Shown: positions 17,698 through 27,827 of the stretch, one piece after another
Numbering within the stretch: the stretch's first letter is position 1
How the letters are laid out: each line of letters begins with the position of its first letter
Assembly (NCBI GenBank): GCA_007118135.1
Contig: SKSE01000154.1
Location: 5,465 to 69,464, forward strand
Length of the DNA stretch: 64,000 bases
Direction: 5' to 3'
Origin: Bacteroidales bacterium
GTDB lineage: Bacteria; Bacteroidota; Bacteroidia; Bacteroidales; UBA7960
Position numbers and translations under genes: made by a program
Notes under the pieces: model-generated
Databases searched by the model: none
What the model was told of the DNA's origin: nothing
The model's input: only the letters and a program-made list of their open reading frames with translations

Positions 17698-19554
17698 CTA
17701 TTTAAAATAACCATATTGCCTGAGAATTTGAGTAAGTTTTTCCACGGCTTGTGAGGGTTCAATATTTTTGATTATCGGGGTCTTTGCTTTGTATAAATGC
17801 AGTTTTCCGGTTGCAGTGCCTACAAAACCAAAATCTGCATCAGCCATTTCTCCGGGTCCGTTAACTACACATCCCATTACGGCAATTTTTAATCCGGGCA
17901 TACCAGAAAAGTGATTCTGCACTTCGTGTAAAACCTTCTGTAGCTCAAAGGAAGTTCGGGCGCATGTGGGGCAGGAGATAAATTCGGTACGGGTAATTCT
18001 TAATCCTGCCGATTGAAGAAAACCAAAGCTGATTTCTGTGGTGTTTACTAATAAAGAATCTTCTTCCAGCCATAAACCCTGAATTCTTTTTTCAAGCAAA
18101 TAGTTTCCAAACTGAATTGCGGCGCGTATGATAATATCATCCGTATCACTCTAACAAAATCTCTTACGTAAAATCAGAGGGATTTTATTTGATTGACAGA
18201 TATTGACAAGATTCTGCAAATTGCAGGTTTCTTCGCAATTTCTAATATAAGTAACAACGGCCAGTGGCTTACTGTCTGTTGTTAGTTTAAAAATTATATC
18301 ATCATTGGTACAGCTAAACTGAAGTAAACTTTTTTCTGATTCAAAATCATATCTCTCTATTATATCGGCATCCACCAGCGATATGATGTTTTTAACTTTT
18401 GTGTTTTTCAGTTTATTCAAAGAAATAATAAAGTTTTTATCCTTGTTTTTTTCAGCCAGAGAAGAATCATTGGTATAGAAATAATCAGCAATCAGCTTGT
18501 CTTCAGGATTTTTCTCCAATACTCCTGGGTGAGTAAAATTGGCAGATGATAGATTATCTTTTATTTTTTCACTTTCGACCACCACAGCCTTTATTTTACT
18601 AAACGGGAAAAATATTTCACTTCCCTGGTCGTCAAGTTTCCTGATGTGGTATTTCTGAAAAGTATTTTTCTGTGAAAATGCGTTTTGATAAAAGGAAGAT
18701 ATTTTTCGGGCAAATGGAATTTCATCTTCCGGCGGTTCGGTTAGACTCACCCGCAATGTATCGCCAATTCCTTTGTTAAGTAATGTGCAGATGCCGAGTG
18801 CTGATTTTATGCGGCCATTTTCACCATCACCGGCTTCGGTAATACCGATATGAAGAGGGTATTTCATGTTGCTTTCAAGCATTTTTTCCACCATAGCTTC
18901 ATAGGCTTGCACCATTACCAAAGGTTTGCTTGCTTTTAAAGACACTACCAGGTTATTAAAATCCAGCTCACGGAATAATTCCAGAAACTCAAAAGTGGCC
19001 ATAACCATTCCCTGCGGGGTGTTGCCGTAATGAGAAACTATGCGCGCCGAAAGAGAGCCCATGTTTGTACCAATCCTTATTGCAGTACCATTTTCTTTGC
19101 AAATATCTACCAGGGGTTTAAGTTTTTTCCGGGCTATCTCCAACTCAGCTTTGGTTTCGGCCTCATTAAAATGAATTTTGTTTTTTGCAGAACTTCGTAT
19201 GTAGTTTCCCGGGTTAATCCTGATTTTCTCAACGTATTTGGCCGCTTCAAGTGCCACATCGGGATTGAAATGTATATCGGCAATAACAGGATTGTTGAAA
19301 CCGGCTGCTATCAGGCCTGATTTTATTTCTTTCAGTTTATGAGCAGCCTGCATAGTGGGAGCAGAAATCCTTACGTAATCAGCTCCTGCATTTAATATTC
19401 TGATGCATTGTTCAATGGTTGCTTGTACATTCAGTGTATTGGTATTGGTCATGGATTGTAACCTTATGGGATGATTTGAACCCATAGGGATTTCGCCAAT
19501 TTGAACATCATGACTGGGAAACCGGGTAATAAATGGTAGATTACCTGAACTCAT
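17698..19554 (-). pseudogene. ispG: ispG (HMBPP synthase, long Bacteroidota/plant-type form) interrupted by one in-frame TAG at 18151-18153
   Basis: The ORF-track fragments 18151..19554 and 17698..18099 are in the same frame. The read-through is ...PLILRKRFC*SDTDDIIIRAAIQFGNYLLEKRIQGLWLEED.... The N-terminal part has the TIM-barrel motifs (IRLQSMTNT, RINPGN, GTNMGSL, HIGITEAG). The C-terminal part has the Fe-S ligand motifs (SCPTCARTSF, GCVVNGPGE). Confidence 0.85.
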
Positions 19555-19716
19555 TGGTTTTGCTGATTAAATCTTTGCTTGTCCTGAATGCATGCCAGTG
19601 CAGCAAAGGTAAGAAATCATTATTCAAAAAGTCATTTGAATCAGATGAATTTTGAAGTATACTGTTCCTTGAAACTACATAATATAATTTGTAAATAAAT
19701 GTAATTGCTTTATCTT

Positions 19717-19724
19717 TATTTTTG
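19717..19724 (+). promoter_or_regulatory. -7 box TATTTTTG upstream of the crotonase gene
   Basis: TAnnTTTG match 37 nt upstream of the ATG. Confidence 0.4.
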
Positions 19725-19760
19725 AAATAATGAATTTCCACTTCCAAAAGCATAATTAAT

Positions 19761-20531
19761 ATGGACTATCCGGGATTAAGAGTTGAAATTAAGGACAAAA
19801 TTGGCATAATTACCATGTCGCGCCCGCAGGTATTGAATGCTTTGAACTCAGAAGTAATTAACTCTCTTCAGTCAGTCCTGAAATCTTTACCCAAATTTCC
19901 TGAAATACTATCTCTTATCATTACCGGAGAGGGCAAGGCGTTTGCAGCCGGGGCGGATGTAAAAGAGTTATCAGAAATGAATCCTGCACAGGCCTTTAAT
20001 TTTTCGAGTAAAGGACAGCAAACATTTGGGCGTTTCGAAAAACTTCCTTTTCCCGTGATTGCCGCAATCAATGGTTATGCGTTAGGGGGTGGCTGTGAGC
20101 TGGCTCTTGCATGCGATATAAGGATTGCATCAGCTAGTGCAAAATTTGGCATGCCGGAAACCAGTCTTGGTCTAATGCCAGGTTTTGCGGGTACACAAAG
20201 ACTTTCCAGAATTGTGGGTTACGGTAATGCTATTTATCTGATGACCACCGCAAAAACTATCAGTGCTCAAGAAGCTTTAAGAATGGGACTTATTCAGGAA
20301 ATTACTGAACCGGAAGAGCTTTTAAAGGTAAGCACAGAAGTTGCTAAAAAAATAACTTCGCAGGGAAAATATGCAGTAAGGGCTGTAAAAGAAATGGCTT
20401 TGCGTAGTTATTCATTTGATTTTAAAAATTCAGCCGAGTTGGAATCGGAAGTCTTTGCCGGTTTGTTTCACAGACCCGAAGCTGATGAAGGCATGAGGGC
20501 ATTCATCGAAAAACGAAAACCCAACTGGTGA
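19761..20531 (+). CDS. Enoyl-CoA hydratase (crotonase family)
   Basis: 256 aa. Motifs GKAFAAGADVKE and INGYALGGGCELALACDIRIAS. Confidence 0.85.
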   Translation: MDYPGLRVEIKDKIGIITMSRPQVLNALNSEVINSLQSVLKSLPKFPEILSLIITGEGKAFAAGADVKELSEMNPAQAFNFSSKGQQTFGRFEKLPFPVIAAINGYALGGGCELALACDIRIASASAKFGMPETSLGLMPGFAGTQRLSRIVGYGNAIYLMTTAKTISAQEALRMGLIQEITEPEELLKVSTEVAKKITSQGKYAVRAVKEMALRSYSFDFKNSAELESEVFAGLFHRPEADEGMRAFIEKRKPNW

Positions 20532-20620
20532 TTGAATCTTACACACTTACACTTACTATAACAGGAACGGATTCAGCTTTAACATCAATCTTATCCTTAA
20601 TCTAAACTTAAACCTTAAAC

Positions 20621-21955
20621 ATGAAGTACGAAGCAAAACTGGAAAATGTAACTGTACTTGGCGCTGCCGGGAAAATGGGTAGCGGCATATTATTTCTTAC
20701 AGCAGCAGAAATGACCAGACAAAAATTTTTACCTGAAAACAAAAACAGGGATTTTACACTCTATGCTTTGGATACAAGTAACAGGGCTTTGTCTGGATTG
20801 ATTAGTTATATACGTGAACAAGCCTGGAGGTTTGCCGAAAAAAACATTGTTGCCTTGCGTAAAACCTATCACGACAGGGCCGATTTAATTGATAATGAAC
20901 ATATCATAAGGCAATATGCCCAGGATTTATTAAGCATAATCAGACCAGTTACCCGAATGGAATCTGCATTTGATTCTAATATTATATTTGAAGCTGTCAG
21001 CGAAAATCCTGATTTGAAAGTGCAGCTCATGTCAACTATTAATAAAAATAACCCTAATAAACCCTGGTTCTTTACCAACACCTCTGCAATTCCCATTTCG
21101 TGGCTCGATGAGCAGGCCGGATTAAACGGCAGGATTATGGGAGTACATTTTTACAATCCACCTGCAGTACAAAAACTATTGGAAGTGGTGAAAACAGAAA
21201 ATACCCGTCCTGAACTCTCTTATTTTGTTGCAGAATACATCAAAAACCTTAAAAAGATTTATGTCCCTTCTTATGATGTAGCAGGGTTTATAGGAAACGG
21301 TTATTTTATGCGCGATATTCTTTTTGCTGAAAGGATGGTAAATGAACTTAAAGAAAATTTCTCTTACGTGCAGGCAGTTTACATGGTGAATAAAATAACT
21401 CAGGATTTTCTGATCAGGCCTATGGGAATATTTCAACTGGTAGATTATGTGGGCATCGATGTGGTGCAATTTATAATGTCAGTAATGAAACCCTATGCAA
21501 TTAAGGAAAATATACACTCAACGTTGATTGAGAATCATATTAATAATATTGTAAAAGGAGGCCAATACCCCGATGGAAGACAGAAAGACGGAATTTTTAA
21601 ATACGAAAAAGGACAAATTACAGCAGTTTATGATCCAGATAAAAAACGATATTTTAATGTTTCTGAATTTTCAAATGAATGTGATGAGTACCTTGGAGAG
21701 TTACCCGAAGGATGGCAAACCTGGAGAAAAATTAACCGTGATTCAGAAAAGGATGAGAAACTCAAAAAATATTTTGAAAATCTTCGTTTAAGTAAAAAAC
21801 CCGGAGCACAACTGGCTATGGAGTATTTAAGAAAGTTCAGGGAAATTGCATCTGAACTGGTAAAAAATAAAGTTGCATTCAAATTTGACGATGTAAATGC
21901 GGTTCTTTTACATGGGTTTCATCATGCATATGGACCCGTAAATGATTATATATAA
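20621..21955 (+). CDS. 3-hydroxyacyl-CoA dehydrogenase family protein, atypically long (444 aa)
   Basis: N-terminal Rossmann VTVLGAAGKMGSGI, the HFYNPP block typical of HAD (HFFNP), and extra C-terminal helical region. Confidence 0.7.
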   Translation: MKYEAKLENVTVLGAAGKMGSGILFLTAAEMTRQKFLPENKNRDFTLYALDTSNRALSGLISYIREQAWRFAEKNIVALRKTYHDRADLIDNEHIIRQYAQDLLSIIRPVTRMESAFDSNIIFEAVSENPDLKVQLMSTINKNNPNKPWFFTNTSAIPISWLDEQAGLNGRIMGVHFYNPPAVQKLLEVVKTENTRPELSYFVAEYIKNLKKIYVPSYDVAGFIGNGYFMRDILFAERMVNELKENFSYVQAVYMVNKITQDFLIRPMGIFQLVDYVGIDVVQFIMSVMKPYAIKENIHSTLIENHINNIVKGGQYPDGRQKDGIFKYEKGQITAVYDPDKKRYFNVSEFSNECDEYLGELPEGWQTWRKINRDSEKDEKLKKYFENLRLSKKPGAQLAMEYLRKFREIASELVKNKVAFKFDDVNAVLLHGFHHAYGPVNDYI

Positions 21956-22013
21956 AATAGTTATGAGCCAAATGTCATTATCCTTTATAAAATCGCCAGA
22001 AAATAATTCTTCC

Positions 22014-23252
22014 ATGAAACTAAGAAAAAAAGTATATATGATTGCCGGTTACAACACCATTTCCATGGGAACCGGAAGAAGTGAGTTCCACCCAAAAAAG
22101 CCACGTCCGGGTCTTGAAGATTACATCAAAGAAGCCGGCGAAAATGTCTTGAGTCAGATTGGTGGAGCAAAAAATGTTGATGAATGTGTTATTGCCAACT
22201 TTATTGCCAGCCGTTATAATAAACAGGCAAACCTTGCTGCTTTTTTTCCTTATATTGATCCGAATTTAACCTATAAACCTTGTATAAGAGTTGAAGGAGC
22301 ATGTGCTACCGGAGGACTTGGACTGGCCACCGGAATAAAAAGCATCCTTGCCGAAACAGCTGATGTGGTGCTGGTGGTAGGAGTAGAAGTTCAGAATTCA
22401 GTAAAAGCAGTTTATGGTGCCGATATTCTTGCTGCAGCAGGATGGTATAAGGAACGTAAAGATGGCCATGCCCATTTTTTTCCGGGAAAATTCAGTGACA
22501 GGGCAGGGGCATATTTTGAAAAATACGGAAGAGGAAAAACCCGAAAGGCAATGGCCCGCTGGTACACCAATGCCATTGAGAATGCCCGATTGTGCCCTAC
22601 AGCACAGGAATTTGAAAATTCTCAGAAAAATCTTGAACAGCTTGCACTTACTGAGCCCAATCCAAATATGTTTGTTGACCATTTGAATGTATATGACTGT
22701 TCTAAAGTTTCCGATGGTGCTTCAGGAATAGCAATTGTTTCGGAAGAGGGTTTAAAGCGTTGTGGTATTAGCAAAAAAGATGCGATTGAAGTTGTTGGGT
22801 TAGGACAGGCAGAGTATGATTTAACCAAAGCACCTGATGACCCTGTAAGACTTACAACGACTGACTTAGCAGTGAAAAAAGCACTTGAAATGGCAGGTAT
22901 AAACCACCAAAAGCTTGCAACTGTTGAATGCCATGATTGTTTTACCATTGCTGCAATAATGGCTGTAGAGGCTATGGGATTTGCCAAACCCGGTGAAGGA
23001 TCGGATTTTATCCTTGAAGGCCATACGTCACGTGAAGGAAAAATTCCTTTTAACACAACCGGTGGTTTGATAGGCTGGGGACATCCTACGGGTGCCACAG
23101 GAGTGCACCAGGCAGTTACCATTTGGGAACAACTTACTCAAAGGGCCGGTCAGTCGCAGATAAAAATTCCTACAGCAAGACCTTATGCCCTTAGTGTAAA
23201 TATGGGAGGTGATGACAAAACTTTGGTCTCTATTGTTTACAAAAAGTGCTGA
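22014..23252 (+). CDS. Thiolase-like protein (SCP-x / DitF-type acetyl-CoA acetyltransferase family)
   Basis: Start chosen at MKLRKKVYMIAGYNT (the ORF-track start at 21942 overlaps the HAD gene). Active-site Cys context VEGACATGGLGLATG. C-terminal GGLIGWGHPTGATG. Confidence 0.7.
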   Translation: MKLRKKVYMIAGYNTISMGTGRSEFHPKKPRPGLEDYIKEAGENVLSQIGGAKNVDECVIANFIASRYNKQANLAAFFPYIDPNLTYKPCIRVEGACATGGLGLATGIKSILAETADVVLVVGVEVQNSVKAVYGADILAAAGWYKERKDGHAHFFPGKFSDRAGAYFEKYGRGKTRKAMARWYTNAIENARLCPTAQEFENSQKNLEQLALTEPNPNMFVDHLNVYDCSKVSDGASGIAIVSEEGLKRCGISKKDAIEVVGLGQAEYDLTKAPDDPVRLTTTDLAVKKALEMAGINHQKLATVECHDCFTIAAIMAVEAMGFAKPGEGSDFILEGHTSREGKIPFNTTGGLIGWGHPTGATGVHQAVTIWEQLTQRAGQSQIKIPTARPYALSVNMGGDDKTLVSIVYKKC

Positions 23253-23286
23253 GAAAATCGGGATGTTTCGGTTTATTGGAAAAGGC

Positions 23287-26200
23287 TCAGTTTTTTGTTA
23301 CAACAAATTTTACGCTTTCACCGCTGATACTTCGAAAAATATAAACACCGTTGGATAATGATTGTATTGAAATGGAATTACTATTTTCAATTACATCCAT
23401 AACTCTACCGGTAATGTCAAATAAATAGCCTGAGGTTGTTTTGTTAAAGTAGACTTTATCTCCCATTACAGGATTGGGGTAAGTAATTAATTTATTTTCA
23501 TTAATTAAATCAATATCATCGGTATTGGTTAAATAGTCAACGATTTCCACTTTGTTAAGTGCAAGCATATCCCTTGCATTTACATTCGGATTGCTTTGCT
23601 GGCCGGTAAAGTAATAAAGCCATCTCACTTGTACATAAGGCTGATTTAATGCTTCTTCAGGAAGCTTAATGTCTAAGAATTCCTGAGAATGTCCCGGGTT
23701 TTCATTTCGCAGGTATTCAATAATTTGCCCGTTGTTGTCTCTGAAGTTTTTCCAGTTAGAGTCTATACTTGCACGGTATTGTGGTCTTAAAGCATAATTT
23801 CTTGAATTGGGAATAATTGTAGATGCTGTCCAGTTTAGATAAAGTTGACTTAGATTCCGGGTATCCAATGCCAGGACAGCAGCTCCCAAATCGCGCCCCC
23901 TTCCTGTATTGATAAATGAAATACCGTTTTCTCCCAATCCGTTAATACGGGTTCTGCGGGTATTGCGATAAGGAAATCCTATGTTTCCCTGATCATCAGA
24001 AGCATAATCATCTGGCAATATATGATAAGCATGTAAAATTGCTGTTCCCGGACCGGGATCATCCTGCTTACTTTGAACAAAAAGCATATTATCCGGAAAA
24101 CTTCCGGCAGGCTCATCTGCACTCCAATAATTAAATATAAAAGAAGGGTCCGATGTTAAATCTTTAGCTTCTGGATATACAAGTACATAAAATGACTTTT
24201 TAAGCGGAGGATTCTGTCCATCAGAAACGATAACATTTACCTTTGTGCCTCCTCTAACCTGTGGCTCAATAGTAAGCTGACCGAAGTTTAAGTCCACTGA
24301 TACATGTTCACTCGATTCGGCATCAATTGTGTAAACTAATACATCACCATCAGGATCTTTAAAGTAATGATCAAAATTTATACTTTTTGAATTACTATTT
24401 TCGATGAGTTTAAAAGCATCAGGAAACCATCTCGTCTGATATGGAGGCCTGTTGGTTTCCGGCATAGCTTCACCGTCAAGGGTAACATTATCGATACGAT
24501 TGTTACCTACCTGCCCACCAGTACCATCATTTTCCTGGTGAAAGGAAATTTTTACAGCAAAATCAGGGTTGTTGTTTGTTTCTTCTATAGTTTTGAAATC
24601 AAACTGATATAGCGAAGGAATTTCGGTAACGGAAATAGTATCAAAAGCAAAAAAGTCATTACCATTTACAGTATATGAAATGTATTGCCTGTTGGCTCCG
24701 CTTCCCGATCTGCGTCCTTCGTATGAAAATAAAAGATCTTTATAACCTGTTGTGGGTAAATGAAAAATAATTTCTGTTCCTATCGGATTGTTATTTCTTA
24801 AATGCGTTCCCGTAACATCACCGTTTCGTGAGTTTAACCCTGCAAAATCCTGTCCGCTGCCCGTTGTTATTTCACTTTGTGATGTTCCGTTATACTCCAG
24901 TTGTGCTTCATTAATGGTATATGTTGGATGCATGAAATCAGCTTCATCATTAAAATTCCAATAATGAAGCATGGTAAGAGGTTCGCCGAGTTGGCTGTCC
25001 ATCCATGCCAAACGGGCTTCAATCCAATCTATCATCCAAAATACCTCTTCATCCCAGGTTTCACCTATAAACCAATTGGGCCAGATATAGGTACCCAGTA
25101 TTGGCCATCTTTGATAATTACGTTCCTGGGATTCATTGAGAAGATTATGGTATTCGAGTACTTTACCCACCATATGGCCATTTGAGAAGGCGGTTTGCCT
25201 TAAACTACGGTATCTCCGGTTATATTCCCGGCTGAAGTTTTCATCCATAAATAAACGAGTATACCAGCCCCGCAGATAATCATGTTGTGAAAGCAATGGA
25301 TAATACCATCCTTGTGGGATCCAGCCATTTAAGTAGTTGGCATTACCCAGTGAAAGGTTAAAATCCCAAAGAGGACCTGAAAACAGCTTGCCATTGCGGT
25401 TCTTATAAAAAAATGTGCTTAATCGATAGCCGTCAATTTCTTTAAAAAGTTCAGTTAAAAGATGCATATCTATAAAAGAACGGGCATTAAGAAACTCTGA
25501 ATAATTACCCGGGGGATTATTAGGCCAGCCTTGAAATAAAGCTGCTTCCAGTGAGTCAAGGAACGAAATTAAGTAATTGCGTTGACCAGGTGTAATATCC
25601 CACTCATTGGGTCTTACGAAAGCATAATGACTACCCCTGCCGGTATAAAATCCCGCTTCCCCGGTATTTAGTCGGTCAATTTTAAAAATGTAACCACCTG
25701 ATACCTCCGGAAACTCATTATGGTGGGGTTCCAAATCTTCCAGCTCAACTCTTCCCGGTGCAATCTTAATTCTCTCAGTCAGAACATAAACACCATGATA
25801 GTGTTCATCTTCCAATGGCCCTGTGCCACTATGTATGAACAATTCAATAAAGCGTGTCCGCGGAGAATATTGTCCTATATCATTGCTCAACGAGTACGAA
25901 TAAGCATTGCGCATAAGGGTTTTGTCGGAGTATGGGCCATGCAAAACCCAGTTATGTTCTTCGGGCATACCCAGTAAAGAAACTTTTCTGTTGTTTTTAT
26001 TCTCTTCCAAAATATGGAAACCAAAACCCTTTTTCGGGAAAGACTGGGAGCTACTGCCCCTGATATTAATTTTAATTCGCCCATCAAAGGCTGGTGCGTC
26101 CGTAATTTGTTTCCTTTCCCCTGAGTGATTATCCAGAATTGTCATGTAAGCAGATGTTCTGTTACCGGGGGAAATTGGCGTATCAAATTCATGAATTATC

Positions 26201-27513
26201 ATAACCGGGATATTGGAAGAGAAATTTTCTATGTTTTTATCAGCTACAGAAAATGTTGCAGCCGCAATTTCACTTCTCAAACTATTCTCGCGAACAGCAG
26301 CGGCTCGCACCCATGCTGTATTGTTTATTGTAAAAGGTTCGTTGAATAGTGTGCCGTTATCAATATCTGGAGTGCTTCCATCGGTGGTATAATAGATATC
26401 TGCGTCTGTTTCCGGAGAAATAATATTAACTGTTACAGGATTACTATATACCCCTGCAGATGGAAAGATGTGCGGTTTTTCTGCTATTTCGGAGAATCCA
26501 CGCACGGGGTTTGGAGTTTCAGGGGTTGAATTCTCGAAATAGAACCATTCGCTGCCTTCTCCTTGAATTCTGCCAAAAGAAATATTCGTTGGGATGTGAA
26601 CAGGAGGCATAGAATCTATTCTTTGTCCCTGTGGTGAAGTTAAGATCAACTCTTCTCCGGCCGAACTTATTCTGAAGTTTGTGTGCCAGCGTGCAGATGG
26701 GATTTCGCAGTTTGAAATATTGAGAGGTTCTTCGATTGTATTATCAGGTAATCTCCATCTTACAGAAAGATTATCGCTGCCATAACCTTCCTTCATGAGA
26801 GCTGAAAGATAGTATTTTTGACCCTCCTGAAGTGTGATTGGATTTGATTGTTGTTGCGAATATGTAAACCAATCACGCGGATTGGTCCAACCTGGAACAT
26901 GGGCTATAAGCTCTGCATTATCAGGTGAATCATCAGTGCTTAAATATAGTCTTGAATTATCATCGCTGGCAATCCAGAAAATATAATTTCCCGTGGCAGG
27001 AGCGGTAATCCATGCATACATATGCTGACCGTAGTTATCGTCAATATTGGCAGGGGCTTCGAAGTAATTTATTACTACATTTCTGCTTGCCGGGTGATCG
27101 GGAAAGCTTGGATGATTGATAAGATTATCAACACTTGTACCGGGAATACCAGGGTAGAAAAGTCGTTGAATACCGTTTTGCATGTCATGTGGAATAGGTT
27201 TCCTGTCCTTCCCTGAAGCCCAAATGAGCAGATATTCGCCTGGTTGCATAATATATTCAGGCATTATCCATTTAAAAGGTTCTTCATAATTATCAGACAG
27301 ACCGATACCTTCCAGATTAACCGGTTCAGATCCGTAATTAAATATTTCAATCCAGTCTTCAAAGGATCCATCATCGTCAGAAATAATGTCGCGGTTAGAT
27401 GCCATTACTTCATTAATCCGGATGGTTTGAGAAAATAAGTTATTGCAATTTAGGATGGAGAACAAAATCCAAAATAGAAGCAATGAATTGTTTTTTTTAA
27501 AGGGGTAGTACAT
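23287..27513 (-). CDS. 1408-aa secreted multidomain protein: lamin-tail domain, PA14-like, chitobiase-C-like, CotH kinase-like, cadherin-like, then T9SS C-terminal sorting domain
   Basis: LTD: IRINEVMASN...DGSFEDWIEIFNYGSEPVNLEGIGLSD. PA14-like: GNYIFWIASDDNSRLYLSTD. CHB_HEX_C-like: IYYTTDGSTPDIDNG. CotH: IKINIRGSSSQSFPKKGFGFHI...DKTLMRNAYSYSLSNDIG. T9SS tail: ITYPNPVMGDKVYF...NGVYIFRSISGESVKFVVTKN. Confidence 0.8.
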   Translation of the reverse strand: MYYPFKKNNSLLLFWILFSILNCNNLFSQTIRINEVMASNRDIISDDDGSFEDWIEIFNYGSEPVNLEGIGLSDNYEEPFKWIMPEYIMQPGEYLLIWASGKDRKPIPHDMQNGIQRLFYPGIPGTSVDNLINHPSFPDHPASRNVVINYFEAPANIDDNYGQHMYAWITAPATGNYIFWIASDDNSRLYLSTDDSPDNAELIAHVPGWTNPRDWFTYSQQQSNPITLQEGQKYYLSALMKEGYGSDNLSVRWRLPDNTIEEPLNISNCEIPSARWHTNFRISSAGEELILTSPQGQRIDSMPPVHIPTNISFGRIQGEGSEWFYFENSTPETPNPVRGFSEIAEKPHIFPSAGVYSNPVTVNIISPETDADIYYTTDGSTPDIDNGTLFNEPFTINNTAWVRAAAVRENSLRSEIAAATFSVADKNIENFSSNIPVMIIHEFDTPISPGNRTSAYMTILDNHSGERKQITDAPAFDGRIKINIRGSSSQSFPKKGFGFHILEENKNNRKVSLLGMPEEHNWVLHGPYSDKTLMRNAYSYSLSNDIGQYSPRTRFIELFIHSGTGPLEDEHYHGVYVLTERIKIAPGRVELEDLEPHHNEFPEVSGGYIFKIDRLNTGEAGFYTGRGSHYAFVRPNEWDITPGQRNYLISFLDSLEAALFQGWPNNPPGNYSEFLNARSFIDMHLLTELFKEIDGYRLSTFFYKNRNGKLFSGPLWDFNLSLGNANYLNGWIPQGWYYPLLSQHDYLRGWYTRLFMDENFSREYNRRYRSLRQTAFSNGHMVGKVLEYHNLLNESQERNYQRWPILGTYIWPNWFIGETWDEEVFWMIDWIEARLAWMDSQLGEPLTMLHYWNFNDEADFMHPTYTINEAQLEYNGTSQSEITTGSGQDFAGLNSRNGDVTGTHLRNNNPIGTEIIFHLPTTGYKDLLFSYEGRRSGSGANRQYISYTVNGNDFFAFDTISVTEIPSLYQFDFKTIEETNNNPDFAVKISFHQENDGTGGQVGNNRIDNVTLDGEAMPETNRPPYQTRWFPDAFKLIENSNSKSINFDHYFKDPDGDVLVYTIDAESSEHVSVDLNFGQLTIEPQVRGGTKVNVIVSDGQNPPLKKSFYVLVYPEAKDLTSDPSFIFNYWSADEPAGSFPDNMLFVQSKQDDPGPGTAILHAYHILPDDYASDDQGNIGFPYRNTRRTRINGLGENGISFINTGRGRDLGAAVLALDTRNLSQLYLNWTASTIIPNSRNYALRPQYRASIDSNWKNFRDNNGQIIEYLRNENPGHSQEFLDIKLPEEALNQPYVQVRWLYYFTGQQSNPNVNARDMLALNKVEIVDYLTNTDDIDLINENKLITYPNPVMGDKVYFNKTTSGYLFDITGRVMDVIENSNSISIQSLSNGVYIFRSISGESVKFVVTKN

Positions 27514-27665
27514 GTAATCAGGTTTAACATGACAAAGATATAAATAAAACGAGGAAAATCATTTTGCTACATTTTATCAGATCCTTATATGCTATTAAAC
27601 TTACATGAATCCAACCATATCGAATAAATAGTAATAATTTATGTTAAAATTCATAAAAATAGGTA

Positions 27666-27673
27666 TATATTTG
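27666..27673 (+). promoter_or_regulatory. -7 box TATATTTG upstream of the orphan 516-aa gene
   Basis: TAnnTTTG match about 155 nt upstream of the ATG. Confidence 0.35.
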
Positions 27674-27827
27674 TTTTGAAAACAAAATGGATACTGGTAA
27701 GGTGTATCGGTAAAAATTTACATGATAAAAACTTAGATAAATAAGCTTGTTATTTCTTATTTACTTCCCGACAATTTAACTATACTTTTTATTCTCTTAG
27801 TTTTTTAACACAAAAAACCCACCCGCC

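Noticed and set aside
18151-18153. The in-frame TAG in ispG as evidence for amber-codon reassignment or pyrrolysine-type recoding.
   Set aside because: TAG terminates several well-delimited genes here: the first Mrp subunit, ispG itself, nifJ, the S9 peptidase, carbonic anhydrase and the oxidoreductase gamma subunit. No other gene shows an internal TAG.
22622-23122. Long antisense or out-of-frame ORFs inside well-supported genes. Examples: 22622-23122 in the thiolase, 31274-31702 in ftsY, 32499-33011 in rimO, 34721-35122 in nifJ, 51727-52131 in the beta subunit, 445-723 and 1793-2176 in the Mrp genes.
   Set aside because: Each is fully nested in a gene with clear family motifs on the other strand or frame. 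Their compositions are typical of antisense read-through.
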